The notes: a model not told the origin generated them from the letters alone. 64,000 nt of DNA from a virus (IMGVR_UViG_3300048549_001527); one strand, 5' to 3'; counted from the first letter of the stretch, positions 18,473 through 29,510 are shown. A program made the numbers and translations.

Positions 18473-21130
18473 ATGGCACAAACATTACGATTTAGAAGAG
18501 GCACAACCGCAGAGCTTTCATCTGAAGCCGGTATTGAAGGAGAGGTTTTCATTGATACCACAAAGAAAACTGTGGTTGCGATGGACGGAGTACAAAGTGG
18601 TGGATATCCGTTAGCAAGATTTGATGATATTCCAACAAACATAAGTGCATTTACAAATGATGCTGGATTTATCACGGCAGCTGGAACTTTTTCTGGTAAT
18701 TATAATGATTTGACTAACTTACCTTCTTTATTTGATGGCGATTATAACTCTTTATCAAATATTCCTGCGCCAACTCCTGGACCACAAGGTACTAATGGAG
18801 CTCAAGGTACAACAGGTGAAACTATTCAAGGTCCGCAAGGAACTAATGGTTTGCAAGGTACATTAGGCGCGCAAGGTGTTCAAGGATTTGGTGGTGCCAA
18901 TGGCGGTATTGGACCAACAGGTCTTCAAGGTTTAACTGGAGCTACAGGAGCAACTGGTGCTCAAGGCACATCAGGGTCTACAGGTTCTACAGGTGTTCAA
19001 GGTTTAACAGGAGACGCAGGTGCTCAAGGAACGTTAGGTTCTACAGGTGTTCAAGGTTTAACTGGAGCTACAGGTTCCCAAGGTGTTCAAGGTATTACAG
19101 GGTCTATAGGTTCAACTGGCGTTCAAGGTTTAACAGGAACAGGTGTTCAAGGTTTAACAGGATCCATTGGTATTCAAGGACCTTCTGATGGCGCTGACGG
19201 CGCAGCTGGTGCGCAAGGTATTCAAGGTACAACTGGGACAGCAGGGCCCGCCGGTATTCAAGGACCTTCTGATGGCGCTGATGGTGTACAAGGTACTACG
19301 GGGTCTGCTGGTCCAACCGGATTGCAAGGTGTAACTGGTTCAACTGGTGTTCAAGGCTTAACAGGAACTGGCGTTCAAGGTACTACAGGGTCTGCTGGTT
19401 CAACCGGATTGCAAGGTGCAACTGGCCTTCAAGGAACCGAGGGTGCAACTTCTGTTAGTGAAAGCGATAACCTTGATTGGACTGGCAATCATCAATGGAC
19501 TGCAGGAAACGGTAATTGGATTAAAGTTGATAGCTCAAACGCATATATGACGTTTGATGATGATGCTTATTTACAATTTGGTGCAAACACTGCAAGTGTT
19601 GACGCAAAAATGTTTACAACAGGTAGCGGATTTGGTATATTAACTCAAAAAGGTACTTTCTATTTAAATAACACCGGTAGCGGTTCAGACGCAGGCGATG
19701 TCATTATAAGAGCTCGCAATTCTGTCGATGATGGTTTAGTTGATTACGTCAAAGCAGATCATGCACTTGGTGGCGTAGATTTACATCATGACGGTGTACT
19801 TAAACTAAGAACCACATCCACTGGGATTGATGTTAATACAAATAAAATATATAATTTAACAGATCCTGCCGCAGCACAAGACGCAGCCACAAAGGCATAT
19901 GTTGATGCAGAAATTGCAGGTCTTTCTGATAGCGCGCCAGCAACATTGGATACTCTAAATGAATTGGCTGCAGCATTAGGAGACGATGCAAACTTTGCAA
20001 CAACTGTGACAGACAGCATTGCAACTAAACTTCCACTTGCTGGCGGAACAATGTCAGGAGATATTGACGGCGCAGGAAACAAAGGACTTTTTGCTAACGT
20101 ATATTCAGCACTCGGCGATTTGCCAAGTGCATCGACATATCATGGTATGTTTGCCCATGTTCACGGAACAGGTAAAGGCTATTTTGCACATAGCGGTAGC
20201 TGGGTTGAATTGGCCAATGCGGCAACTACGTTAGCAGGTTATGGAATTACTGATGGATTAGCAGCAGGCGGGGCCTTAACTGGCAGTAGTTTGGCATTCC
20301 CAGTTGGCGCCACCATTACAGAATTTAGTACTGACGATACACTCGGAGGCAATAGTAATATAGCAGTTCCAACTGAGGCGGCAGTAAAAGGATATGTAGA
20401 TACTAATGCAATGGCCACATCAGGCGGAACCTTTACAGCCGAAATTACTGTTGACGGCGATGTTACTATTGATAATAGAAATAAACTTAGGTTGGCAGAC
20501 GCAGGTGTTGATAAAGCACTGATTGGACTTAACCAAGGTACATATCTATACATGGGTTCTGAAGGTACTAATTCAGATCCAAGAATAAGATTTGATGGTG
20601 AATCTACTCAAGCCGCAATTGTTCCCACACTCCCTGGAGGTGCAACAACCGCAGGTGCTTCTGGATACCTAAACTTAGGTTCCTCGACTTCTGGATTTAA
20701 AGACTTGTATTTGGATGGTGGTGTATATCTTGGTGGTGATACAGCGGCTAATTTTTTAGACGATTACGAAGAAGGAACTTGGACGCCTACTTGCAGTATC
20801 GGAACTGTTACTGCGGACAACGCTTGGTATGTAAAAGTAGGAACACTTGTTACAGTAAATTGTAAACTAGATGCTTTTACTGATAATAGTGACGCCAACT
20901 TAATTTCAATTGAAGGATTACCATTTACTAGTAAAGCAAGCAACCATACAGCAACAGGTAGTATGATGGCTGATGAAATGGCCGGCGGTCCGTATTTTCC
21001 TTATATTTCTTCTAACGGAACCAACATAAGAATGTACGCACAAACATCTGGAGGTTTTTCAAATTTGCGCTATACTGATACAAACGGCAATACCACTATT
21101 TACCTTACAATAACTTATCAATCTCAATAA
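18473..21130 (+). CDS. Collagen-like fibre protein, 885 aa
   Basis: Mtd_N-like [11 protein letters not shown]-terminus; long G-X-Y tract; [19 protein letters not shown]-terminal [11 protein letters not shown] domain. Confidence 0.85.
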   Translation: MAQTLRFRRGTTAELSSEAGIEGEVFIDTTKKTVVAMDGVQSGGYPLARFDDIPTNISAFTNDAGFITAAGTFSGNYNDLTNLPSLFDGDYNSLSNIPAPTPGPQGTNGAQGTTGETIQGPQGTNGLQGTLGAQGVQGFGGANGGIGPTGLQGLTGATGATGAQGTSGSTGSTGVQGLTGDAGAQGTLGSTGVQGLTGATGSQGVQGITGSIGSTGVQGLTGTGVQGLTGSIGIQGPSDGADGAAGAQGIQGTTGTAGPAGIQGPSDGADGVQGTTGSAGPTGLQGVTGSTGVQGLTGTGVQGTTGSAGSTGLQGATGLQGTEGATSVSESDNLDWTGNHQWTAGNGNWIKVDSSNAYMTFDDDAYLQFGANTASVDAKMFTTGSGFGILTQKGTFYLNNTGSGSDAGDVIIRARNSVDDGLVDYVKADHALGGVDLHHDGVLKLRTTSTGIDVNTNKIYNLTDPAAAQDAATKAYVDAEIAGLSDSAPATLDTLNELAAALGDDANFATTVTDSIATKLPLAGGTMSGDIDGAGNKGLFANVYSALGDLPSASTYHGMFAHVHGTGKGYFAHSGSWVELANAATTLAGYGITDGLAAGGALTGSSLAFPVGATITEFSTDDTLGGNSNIAVPTEAAVKGYVDTNAMATSGGTFTAEITVDGDVTIDNRNKLRLADAGVDKALIGLNQGTYLYMGSEGTNSDPRIRFDGESTQAAIVPTLPGGATTAGASGYLNLGSSTSGFKDLYLDGGVYLGGDTAANFLDDYEEGTWTPTCSIGTVTADNAWYVKVGTLVTVNCKLDAFTDNSDANLISIEGLPFTSKASNHTATGSMMADEMAGGPYFPYISSNGTNIRMYAQTSGGFSNLRYTDTNGNTTIYLTITYQSQ
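18772..19449 (+). repeat. Collagen G-X-Y coding repeat (about 70 triplets with interruptions)
   Basis: Recurrent ggtgttcaaggtttaacagg units; duplicated ggtattcaaggaccttctgatggcgctga. Confidence 0.9.
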
Positions 21131-21178
21131 CCCCACACCATAAGGGTCGGACAGTCCAACCATCATAGGAGATAAACG

Positions 21179-21427
21179 ATGGCACTAACAGAAGAAACAG
21201 TACAAGATAAAATCGAAATCATAGGCAAATACAAGCATGTGCAAGTACGCACTGCTACAGTAATTAAACGCGACGGCACAGAAATTAGTAGATCTTTTTC
21301 ACGCCATGTTGTTGCACCAAATGCGGATATTACTAGCGAAAGCGCAGAGGTTCAAGCTATCTGCAATGCAGTTCATACTGACGATGTTAAAGCAGCTTTT
21401 GCAGCTCATTTGGCTGAGGCTGAATAA
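21179..21427 (+). CDS. Small fibre-associated protein (putative chaperone)
   Basis: MALTEETVQDKIEI...HVQVRTATVIKRDG.EISRSF.RHV; AGGAG RBS; follows the YEEGTWTP fibre. Confidence 0.65.
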   Translation: MALTEETVQDKIEIIGKYKHVQVRTATVIKRDGTEISRSFSRHVVAPNADITSESAEVQAICNAVHTDDVKAAFAAHLAEAE

Positions 21428-21448
21428 TAGCGCATCAGCAAACTAATA

Positions 21449-21456
21449 TATAATAT
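21449..21456 (+). promoter_or_regulatory. T4-type late promoter TATAAATA
   Basis: Exact match upstream of gp16. Confidence 0.7.
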
Positions 21457-21471
21457 AAAGTAGGATGAAAC

Positions 21472-21918
21472 ATGAGTGATGAACACATTTCTAAAGCGTT
21501 AGGTTTAACACCGCTTTCAGAATTAAACGATGAAATGAAAAGCGTACAAGAAGTGCAATCAACGGAAGTGCAAAACATAGAAAAGTTTGAAGTATTACCT
21601 ACTGAAGGTAATGACGAAAATCTTAACGATATGGAACTTGCACGTCAGAATGTTAAAAACATTATTGAACTCGGAGATGACGCAGTTAAAGAAATGGTTG
21701 AAATAGCTAAGCAATCAGAGTCTCCTCGGGCCTTTGAAGTTGTGTCGACTTTAATGAAAACATTACTTGACGCAAACAAAGATTATGTTGATATATCTAC
21801 CAAAAAGAAATTTGCACAGGATGATAAACCTGAAAAGGAAACAAATGTTACGAATAATAACTTGATAGTCTCAACTGCAGATTTACTTAAAATGATTAAA
21901 GGCGATGATAATGCTTGA
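21472..21918 (+). CDS. gp16: Terminase small subunit gp16
   Basis: SESPRAFEVVSTLMK; TNVTNNNLIVSTADLLKMIK; overlaps gp17 start. Confidence 0.9.
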   Translation: MSDEHISKALGLTPLSELNDEMKSVQEVQSTEVQNIEKFEVLPTEGNDENLNDMELARQNVKNIIELGDDAVKEMVEIAKQSESPRAFEVVSTLMKTLLDANKDYVDISTKKKFAQDDKPEKETNVTNNNLIVSTADLLKMIKGDDNA

Positions 21919-23509
21919 GATGATGAAAGGTTATCTCGGTAATAATAATCTTAAAAGAGTTGGTGAGCAATTAGAATGGACTCCTGATATGCTAAAGGAG
22001 TACATGAAATGTGCTGAAGATCCAATATATTTTGCTAAGGAATATATAAAAATTGTTCATGTTGATAGAGGCCTAGTTCCTTTTCAAATGTATCCTTATC
22101 AAGAAAACATCACAAAAAAGATTACAGATAATCGCAGAGTTGCAGTATTAACTGCACGTCAGTCTGGTAAAACAACCACTGCAATGGCAATCATTTTACA
22201 TTATGTATTGTTCAATGAATTTAAAACCGTCGCTATTTTAGCAAACAAAGGAGATGCTGCAAGAGAAGTTATGGCTCGAGTCAAGTTGGCTTTTGAGGCT
22301 TTACCTAAATGGTTGCAGCAAGGAGTTGAAGAATGGAACAAAGGAAACATTGCGCTTGAAAACGGTTGTCAGGTTTTGGCAGGAACGACATCATCATCAG
22401 CAATTCGTGGTAAGTCAGTTAATTTTCTATATCTCGATGAGGTTGCATTCATCGAAGGATACGACGATTTTTTCGCATCTGTTTATCCTACTATCTCGTC
22501 TGGTGAGTCAACAAAACTTTTAATGACTTCAACTCCTAATGGTCTAAACCATTTTTGGAAAACTTGCAAAGGCGCAAGAGAAAAAACTAATGGTTATGAA
22601 TACGAAGAAGTTATGTGGCAAGATGTTCCAGGACGAGACGAAAAGTGGAAAGAAGAAACACTCGCTGCATTAGATTACGATGAACAGAAATTTAGACAAG
22701 AATATTGTTGTGAGTTTTTAGGATCCTCAGGAACGTTGATTGATGGATCCAAACTAAAACAATTAGCATATGATAGACCTATACACGAACAAGAAAACAC
22801 ATTTCAATATTTTAAACCTGAAAAAGACCACAGTTATGTTATGACTTGTGATGTATCTCGAGGAAAAGGTTTAGACTATTCAACCTTTAACATTATAGAC
22901 ATTAGCAAAATGCCGTATCAACAAGTATGCACATTTCGCGACAACTATATTAGCCCAATTGATTTCGCTTCATTTATATATAGAATAGGTAATCTATATA
23001 ATGAAGCTGCTGTTCTTATAGAAATTAATGATATAGGCGAACAAGTTTCAGATGTTTTATTAATGGATTATGGATACGAAAATTTACTTTATTCCGAAAG
23101 CGCAGGCGCGAAAGGCAAACGAATTTCGTCTGGATTTGGAGGAAGAAAACTTGATAATGGAATACGAACTACCAAGACTGTAAAAGCTCAAGGTTGTTCT
23201 ATGTTGAAAATGCTCATTGAGCAAGATCAACTTATACTAAGAGATTATAATACTTTGCAGGAATTATCACGTTTTTCCAAAAAGGGTCCATCTTATGAAG
23301 CTGAGCCCGGAGCACATGATGATTTAGTAATGAATTTGGTTTTATTTGCTTGGTTATCTGACCAAGATTATTTTAAAGAATTAACTGATATTAATACTCT
23401 TCAAGCACTGCGCGAAAAGACTGATGCGCAAATTGATGAAGAATTACTCCCCTTCGGATTTATAGATGACGGTGGGGAATTGTGGGAAGACGAAAACATC
23501 AGGTTCTAA
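21905..23509 (+). CDS. gp17: Terminase large subunit gp17 (start may be 21911)
   Basis: Walker A ARQSGKTT, Walker B LYLDEVAF, STPNGLNHF, RNase H-like DVSRG...HDDLVM; uninterrupted. Confidence 0.97.
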   Translation: MIMLEMMKGYLGNNNLKRVGEQLEWTPDMLKEYMKCAEDPIYFAKEYIKIVHVDRGLVPFQMYPYQENITKKITDNRRVAVLTARQSGKTTTAMAIILHYVLFNEFKTVAILANKGDAAREVMARVKLAFEALPKWLQQGVEEWNKGNIALENGCQVLAGTTSSSAIRGKSVNFLYLDEVAFIEGYDDFFASVYPTISSGESTKLLMTSTPNGLNHFWKTCKGAREKTNGYEYEEVMWQDVPGRDEKWKEETLAALDYDEQKFRQEYCCEFLGSSGTLIDGSKLKQLAYDRPIHEQENTFQYFKPEKDHSYVMTCDVSRGKGLDYSTFNIIDISKMPYQQVCTFRDNYISPIDFASFIYRIGNLYNEAAVLIEINDIGEQVSDVLLMDYGYENLLYSESAGAKGKRISSGFGGRKLDNGIRTTKTVKAQGCSMLKMLIEQDQLILRDYNTLQELSRFSKKGPSYEAEPGAHDDLVMNLVLFAWLSDQDYFKELTDINTLQALREKTDAQIDEELLPFGFIDDGGELWEDENIRF

Positions 23510-23535
23510 ACTATATTTCTGTAAATCAAATAATT

Positions 23536-23543
23536 TATAAATA
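23536..23543 (+). promoter_or_regulatory. T4-type late promoter TATAAATA
   Basis: Exact match upstream of gp18. Confidence 0.8.
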
Positions 23544-23592
23544 GAAACAGTGATATGAACTAAACGCGTTTAAATACATAAAGGAGAAAAAT

Positions 23593-25467
23593 ATGGCTTT
23601 TTCTGTAAGTCCTTCCGTCATTGTTCGTGAAGTGGATGCATCACAAGCCGTGCCAGCCGTTGCGACATCGCCAGCTGCCATTGTTGGTGTATTTCAATGG
23701 GGACCAGTTGACGAACCTATTCTAGTTTCATCTGAAGATGAGCTAGTGGATCGTTTTGGCAAGCCTTCAGCGGATACATACGAAACATTTTTTACTGCGG
23801 CAGATTATCTTGCATATGCAAATGCATTGTGGGTAGTTCGCGCAGACAATAATTCAAACACAGCTATTGCAGCAAGCGGCGCCTTTTCGGCAAAGCACCC
23901 TGGTGCTTTAGGAGATAACATTGACGTACATTGGGTTACCTCAACAGGATATGAAAATGCAGTAATTGCAGCAGGTGATATCCCAGCGAATAAAATTTCC
24001 AATGCTGCAGTTCCACAAACAATTCCATTTAATTCCGCTGCTGTAACTTTTGAAGTTGCTCCTGCAGACAGGATTACTGCAATTGGCGCAGGAGATGTAC
24101 TTGTAATAGGTAACGATAGCTCAGGCTATGTAAATGTTACAGTTGCAACTATTGCAGAAACGGAACTTAACGATGGCGCATCGCCAACACCGAATGTAAC
24201 AGGATACGAATACGCAATTACATTTGTAGGCAAATACACACTCGCCGAAACTGATCTTACCGTTCTTGCGATTACAAAAAAGTGGGGACAAAACAATTTC
24301 TTTGCTTCTGCACCGAGTGCTGGAAGTATTCACATTGCAGTTGTTGACCGCGGCGGAAATATTTCAGGAACAGCAGGACAAGTACTTGAACTGTTTGAAG
24401 ATGTTTCAACCACAGCAGGCGCACAGCTTCAGGACGGTTCGCAAAACTATTGGGTAGACGTTATTACCAATCAATCAAGCTGGGTTAAAGTTGCTAATTC
24501 GGCAGTTGTAGGAACCGCCGCAACCGCGGTAACTTCATACGAAGTAATGGCAAACGGTAGTGATGCTCAAACTGAAAGCAATGCAACTTTGGCCGCAATT
24601 GGTAAAGGTTGGGATTTATTTAAGAGTGGAAACGAAATTGATATTTCATTCTGCTTACAAGGTAAAGGCGATGATAGCGCAAACCGTGCAAACTATATTA
24701 TTTCTAATATCGTTGATAGTAGAAAAGATTGTGTTGCATTTGTTTCCCCATCAGCATCAGATGTTGTTAGCGAAGTTAAATCAAATACACAACTTAAAAA
24801 CGTAATTGCATATCGTAATGCGCTTCAGAATTCATCTTATTGGTTCATGGATAGCGGTTATAAATATCGTTACGACAAATACAACGATACTTATCGTTAC
24901 ACACCTTTGAATGGCGATATGGCAGGTTTGGCAGCAAGAGTTGAACCGTGGGAATCTCCAGCAGGTTATAGAAAAGGTGTTATCAAAAACGTAGTAAAAC
25001 TAGCGTTTAACCCAAACAAATCGCAAAGAGATCAACTGTATACTTCAGACATTAACCCAGTTATGGCTCAAGTAGGTCAAGGTATCGTATTATTTGGAGA
25101 TAAAACTGGTTACGGATTGCCAAGCGCGTTTGATCGTCTTAATGTTCGTAGGTTGTTTATTGCTATTGAGAAATCAATTGCAACTGCGGCTACATCGTTC
25201 TTGTTTGAACTAAACGACGAATTTACTCAAACACAGTTTAAGAACATTGTTGATCCGTTCCTACGTGATATTCAAGGAAGACGTGGCATTACTGATTTCC
25301 GAGTCGTATCTGACTCAACCGTGAATACTCCTGAAATCATAGACCAAAACAAGTTCCGTGCTAACATTTTTGTTAAACCAGCCCGTTCAATTAACGTTAT
25401 AGAACTTACGTTCGTAGCAACAAGAACTGGAATTGAGTTTGACGAAATCGTTGGTCAGATCGTCTAA
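23593..25467 (+). CDS. gp18: Tail sheath protein gp18
   Basis: SPSVIVREVD; FQWGPVDEP; DRLNVRRLF; LFELNDEFT; KPARSIN. Confidence 0.97.
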   Translation: MAFSVSPSVIVREVDASQAVPAVATSPAAIVGVFQWGPVDEPILVSSEDELVDRFGKPSADTYETFFTAADYLAYANALWVVRADNNSNTAIAASGAFSAKHPGALGDNIDVHWVTSTGYENAVIAAGDIPANKISNAAVPQTIPFNSAAVTFEVAPADRITAIGAGDVLVIGNDSSGYVNVTVATIAETELNDGASPTPNVTGYEYAITFVGKYTLAETDLTVLAITKKWGQNNFFASAPSAGSIHIAVVDRGGNISGTAGQVLELFEDVSTTAGAQLQDGSQNYWVDVITNQSSWVKVANSAVVGTAATAVTSYEVMANGSDAQTESNATLAAIGKGWDLFKSGNEIDISFCLQGKGDDSANRANYIISNIVDSRKDCVAFVSPSASDVVSEVKSNTQLKNVIAYRNALQNSSYWFMDSGYKYRYDKYNDTYRYTPLNGDMAGLAARVEPWESPAGYRKGVIKNVVKLAFNPNKSQRDQLYTSDINPVMAQVGQGIVLFGDKTGYGLPSAFDRLNVRRLFIAIEKSIATAATSFLFELNDEFTQTQFKNIVDPFLRDIQGRRGITDFRVVSDSTVNTPEIIDQNKFRANIFVKPARSINVIELTFVATRTGIEFDEIVGQIV

Positions 25468-25497
25468 TAAATAGATTTAATTAAAGGAGAATAGAAA

Positions 25498-26031
25498 ATG
25501 GCATTTAACATCAACCAGTTCAAATCAGAACTCGTCGGTGGCGGTGCACGTCCTACGCTATTCCAAGTTCAAATCACTAACCCTATTGACACAGGCGCAG
25601 ATTTTAAAGTACCATTTATGGTTCGTTCTGCAGGTATTCCTGAGTCAATCGTCGGTCAATATGTTGTACCTTACTTCGGTCGTGAAGTAAAGTATGCAGG
25701 TGATAGAACGTTTGCGGACTGGGCGGTCACAGTTATCAACGATGAAGACTTTGCAATTCGCAACGCGATGGAAGCATGGTCAAACTTCATTAATTCCCAC
25801 GACTCTAATTCAAGAGGATTACCACAGCAGTATAAGTCTACTGCATCGGTTACTCAATATAGTAAAGATGGATCACCACTTCGTACATATATTTTCGAAG
25901 GATTGTTTCCAACTACTATTGATGGTATTGCCTTGGATTGGTCTCAGCAGGATACAATTGAAGAATTCGGCGTCACATTCCAATATGATTTATGGAGAGT
26001 TGAAGGAATTACCGGCGTACCGACAACCTAA
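25498..26031 (+). CDS. gp19: Tail tube protein gp19
   Basis: GGARPTLF; VPYFGREVKYAGDRTFADW; IEEFGVTFQY. Confidence 0.96.
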   Translation: MAFNINQFKSELVGGGARPTLFQVQITNPIDTGADFKVPFMVRSAGIPESIVGQYVVPYFGREVKYAGDRTFADWAVTVINDEDFAIRNAMEAWSNFINSHDSNSRGLPQQYKSTASVTQYSKDGSPLRTYIFEGLFPTTIDGIALDWSQQDTIEEFGVTFQYDLWRVEGITGVPTT

Positions 26032-26055
26032 TTTTTATTATGAGGATATGAAGTT

Positions 26056-27579
26056 TTGAAGATATTCGGTTACGAAATCAAAAGAGAAGAGGAAGAGACT
26101 CCAGTAGTCTCTTTCGCTGAACCGTCTAATGAAGACGGCGCAATTACTGTAGGAAACGCTGTTGGCGGGTTTTACGGCACGCTTCTCGATATGGAAGGCA
26201 CAGCAAAGACTGAGTCTGAATTAGTTACAAAATACCGTGGCATGTCACTGCAGCCTGAAATTGTTTCAGCTGTAGACGAAGTCATTAACGAAGCAATTTC
26301 TATAGGAACGGATGATAAAGTTGTAGAGCTTGTGCTCGATGACACTGATCTTCCTGACAAAGTCAAAAAGAAATTAAGTGAAGAATTTGATAATGTTTTA
26401 TCATTATTAGATTTTTCAAATGCAGCATACGATATTTTTCAAAAGTTTTACGTTGATGGCAGACTTAATTATCATGTCATTATTGATAAAGAAAACTTAA
26501 AAGATGGTATAAGGGAACTACGATATGTAGATCCTCGCAAGTTAAAACTTATACGCGAAGTTGATAAAAAGCAAAAAGATCCACATTCTGGTATTCCAGT
26601 TAAAACACTAAAAAGCGAATATTATATGTATTCCGAAAACGGTTTTACTGGTGATAATGCTGGTGGTAATGCAAGTACTGGTACTCAAGGATATAGAATT
26701 TCTAAAGACTCTGTTGCCCGTGTTACTTCAGGATTAATGAACGAGAATAATTCTTTAGTTCTTTCATACCTACATCCGGCAATTAAGCCTTTAAATCAAT
26801 TAAGAATGCTTGAAGATGCAACAGTCATTTACACTCTTACACGAGCTCCTGAAAGACGAATTTTTTATATTGACGTTGGGAACCTTCCTAAATCGAAAGC
26901 TGAGCAATATATACGAGACATGATGGTTCGCCATAAAAACAAATTGCAATATAACTCAGCAACTGGTGATATTACTGATAGCCGTAAAATGATGACTATG
27001 ACTGAAGACTTTTGGTTTCCACGCCGAGGTGGTGAAAGATCTACTGAAGTTGATACATTAGTTGGCGGTTCTTCACAAGCGCTATCGTCTGATGAAAATA
27101 TGCAATACTTTCAGCGTAAATTGTTTAAAGCGTTAAAGGTTCCACTAACAAGGCTTGAGCCTGAAACAATGGCAACCTTCGGCCGTACATCTGAAATCAC
27201 TCGTGACGAACTGAAGTTTAGCAAATTTATTCGTCGTGTAAGATCTAGGTTTTCTTCAATCTTTACAACAATTTTAGAAAAGCAAGTTATCCTTAAAGGT
27301 ATCATGACCCCTGAGGAATATAAAGAAATTAAAAATAGTATTCGTTATGACTTTATGCAAGATAATTATTTTAACGAATTAAAAGAAGCAGAAATACTCC
27401 GCGAAAGAATGGCGACATTACGTGATGTTGAAGATCATGTTGGAGTATACTATTCAAGAGAATGGGTTATTCGTAACATCCTACAGTTAAGTGAAGACGA
27501 CTCTGAGGAAATGAAAACGCAAATGGAAGCTGAAAAAGAACAATTTGGCGATCCGAATGACCAAGAACAGCAGAATTAA
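26056..27579 (+). CDS. gp20: Portal protein gp20
   Basis: FYVDGRL; LRMLEDA.VIY..TRAPERRIFYIDVGNLPK; EDFWFPRR. Confidence 0.97.
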   Translation: MKIFGYEIKREEEETPVVSFAEPSNEDGAITVGNAVGGFYGTLLDMEGTAKTESELVTKYRGMSLQPEIVSAVDEVINEAISIGTDDKVVELVLDDTDLPDKVKKKLSEEFDNVLSLLDFSNAAYDIFQKFYVDGRLNYHVIIDKENLKDGIRELRYVDPRKLKLIREVDKKQKDPHSGIPVKTLKSEYYMYSENGFTGDNAGGNASTGTQGYRISKDSVARVTSGLMNENNSLVLSYLHPAIKPLNQLRMLEDATVIYTLTRAPERRIFYIDVGNLPKSKAEQYIRDMMVRHKNKLQYNSATGDITDSRKMMTMTEDFWFPRRGGERSTEVDTLVGGSSQALSSDENMQYFQRKLFKALKVPLTRLEPETMATFGRTSEITRDELKFSKFIRRVRSRFSSIFTTILEKQVILKGIMTPEEYKEIKNSIRYDFMQDNYFNELKEAEILRERMATLRDVEDHVGVYYSREWVIRNILQLSEDDSEEMKTQMEAEKEQFGDPNDQEQQN

Positions 27580-27617
27580 ATAAATAAACAAAATGAGATT
27601 AAACCAGGAGATCTACA

Positions 27618-28511
27618 ATGAAGTCCTTTAAAAATTATATGGCTGAAGTAGCAGAACCAAAATCCTCAGAGGAAAAGAAGTTCAAGGATATGCATCAGCC
27701 TGAGGTTAAACCTCACCCAGTTGCAGAACCAACTCAGCATAAAGCTGAAAAGCCAAAGGCAAAACGCAAAGCTGACCAAGAAGGTGATGCTAATTACGAT
27801 AAAGCATATACTACAGAAGACGCAGAGCAAATTGATGAGATTTCAAAAGGTTTAGCAGGTCGCTATATTAAAAAGGCGCAAATGGATACAGCACATGCTG
27901 GTGATCAAATTGCTACAGGAAGTATGGGACAAGCAGGTGCATCTCCTGATGTTAAAAAAGGTTATGAAAAGCAACGCAAAAAAGGTATTGCTAAACTCGT
28001 TCGCCGTCGTGTAGGAACAAGAGATGCCGTTTCTAAACTAACAGGAACAGCAAGAGTTCCGGCAAGAGAGGAAGTTAGCGAGGTTACTCAATCTGCCATA
28101 AAAAAGCCTATGAACATTACAGGACCAGACGGTAAAGTTCGTACTGTGATGAAAAGAACAAAAGATATAGCTACTGATGATCACGGTCAAGAAAAGATCC
28201 GTGAAAACAAAAAAGCTGATTTAATGAAAAAATTAGCAAAGACAGCAGCTACAACGGAAAAAGGTAAAAAAGCAGTAACATTGAAAAAAGCTCCTTGGGA
28301 GAAAAAAGAAGATCTTGATGAAGCTGTAAAAGTAGGCAATATGAAATTAAAAGATGGGTCTTCAATGAAAGTTACGAAAGAAGATGCAAAGCTTTTAAAC
28401 CAGATGTTTAAAGGGTTGAACAATCAAAACCGCAAACAAATGGAAAAAGTTATGATGACAGATAAAAGTGGGTTCAACGAAATTGTTGGATTTGCAAGGG
28501 AAGCCATGTAA
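27618..28511 (+). CDS. Prohead core protein (gp68-like C-terminus) with basic internal modules
   Basis: Located between gp20 and gp21; C-terminal KLKDGSSMKVT...LNNQNRKQM...FNEIVGFA; repeated I/L-x-E motifs. Confidence 0.6.
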   Translation: MKSFKNYMAEVAEPKSSEEKKFKDMHQPEVKPHPVAEPTQHKAEKPKAKRKADQEGDANYDKAYTTEDAEQIDEISKGLAGRYIKKAQMDTAHAGDQIATGSMGQAGASPDVKKGYEKQRKKGIAKLVRRRVGTRDAVSKLTGTARVPAREEVSEVTQSAIKKPMNITGPDGKVRTVMKRTKDIATDDHGQEKIRENKKADLMKKLAKTAATTEKGKKAVTLKKAPWEKKEDLDEAVKVGNMKLKDGSSMKVTKEDAKLLNQMFKGLNNQNRKQMEKVMMTDKSGFNEIVGFAREAM

Positions 28512-28756
28512 TGGCTTTTGTGGCGGTCCTAGGCTCAAATAGTATTTGGGAGTACGATAATGCTGCCACGGCCGCGGGCTCCGACACATATAATGATGCT
28601 AACGGGACCGTCACAGCAGGTGTTCGTGCTTATACTCCACCAGGAGGAAATGTACAATATACATACATAAGGTGTAGGAAAGCAGGCGAAACAATTATAC
28701 GAGGCGAATTGAATAAAAACTTTTATGACAACAGAAATGCTAATGGTATACCTTAG
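28511..28756 (+). CDS. Hypothetical head-region protein, 81 aa
   Basis: Start overlaps previous stop (TAATG); lies in the head operon. Confidence 0.6.
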   Translation: MAFVAVLGSNSIWEYDNAATAAGSDTYNDANGTVTAGVRAYTPPGGNVQYTYIRCRKAGETIIRGELNKNFYDNRNANGIP

Positions 28757-28764
28757 TATAAAGT

Positions 28765-28772
28765 TATAAATA
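28765..28772 (+). promoter_or_regulatory. T4-type late promoter TATAAATA
   Basis: Exact match upstream of gp21. Confidence 0.75.
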
Positions 28773-28797
28773 AACAGAGTTCAAAAGGAATAATAAA

Positions 28798-29496
28798 ATG
28801 AAACTGATTACCGAAGTAGTAGAAGAGGTTAGTTTAACCACAGAGCTTGATGAAGCAACGGGTAAAAAATCCCACTTCATTGAAGGTATTTTTATGCAAG
28901 GCGACCTTAAAAATCGCAATGGTAGAATTTATCCGTCTGCAGTTCTTGAAAAAGAAATGGTTCGCTATCAGAAAGATTTTATTGATACGAAACGTGCTCT
29001 AGGCGAATTAGGACATCCTGAAGGACCTACAATTAATGGAGATAGAGTATCGCACCTTATCACCGAAATGAAAAGAGACGGTTCAAACTTCATTGGTAAA
29101 GCTAAAATTCTTGGCACGCCAATGGGTGAGATTGTTAAAACATTTATGGACGAAGGCGTACTTTTCGGAGTTTCAACGCGTGGCCTTGGTTCTGTCAAAG
29201 CAACTAAAGAAGGCATTATGGAAGTACAAAACGATTTCCATTTGTCGACTGTTGATATTGTAACAGATCCGTCTGGTCCTAATTGTTTTGTAAACGGCGT
29301 AATGGAAAACGTCGAATACTATTACGATATTGCTTCTAATTCTTGGCTGCCAGCGCAAGCTCAGGCCGAAGTTGCAGAAGTAGTTGAAGAAATCCAAAAA
29401 GAAGTAAAGGTAGCTTATAAACGGACTGTTCGTCAAATTGATGAAAATTTGGCAGGTAGAATGTTTGAAAAGTTCCTAACATCGCTGAGAAAATAA
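28798..29496 (+). CDS. gp21: Prohead protease gp21
   Basis: IEGIFMQG..KNRNGRIYP; ALGELGHP; GVSTRGLGS; DIVTDPS. Confidence 0.96.
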   Translation: MKLITEVVEEVSLTTELDEATGKKSHFIEGIFMQGDLKNRNGRIYPSAVLEKEMVRYQKDFIDTKRALGELGHPEGPTINGDRVSHLITEMKRDGSNFIGKAKILGTPMGEIVKTFMDEGVLFGVSTRGLGSVKATKEGIMEVQNDFHLSTVDIVTDPSGPNCFVNGVMENVEYYYDIASNSWLPAQAQAEVAEVVEEIQKEVKVAYKRTVRQIDENLAGRMFEKFLTSLRK

Positions 29497-29502
29497 AATT
29501 AA

Positions 29503-29510
29503 TATAAATA
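29503..29510 (+). promoter_or_regulatory. T4-type late promoter TATAAATA
   Basis: Exact match upstream of gp22. Confidence 0.75.

Noticed and set aside
18772..19449. CRISPR-like periodic repeats
   Set aside because: In-frame collagen G-X-Y codons with no unique spacers
231..21130. Diversity-generating retroelement suggested by Mtd_N-like N-termini
   Set aside because: No reverse transcriptase, and no template/variable repeat pair differing only at adenines, in this window
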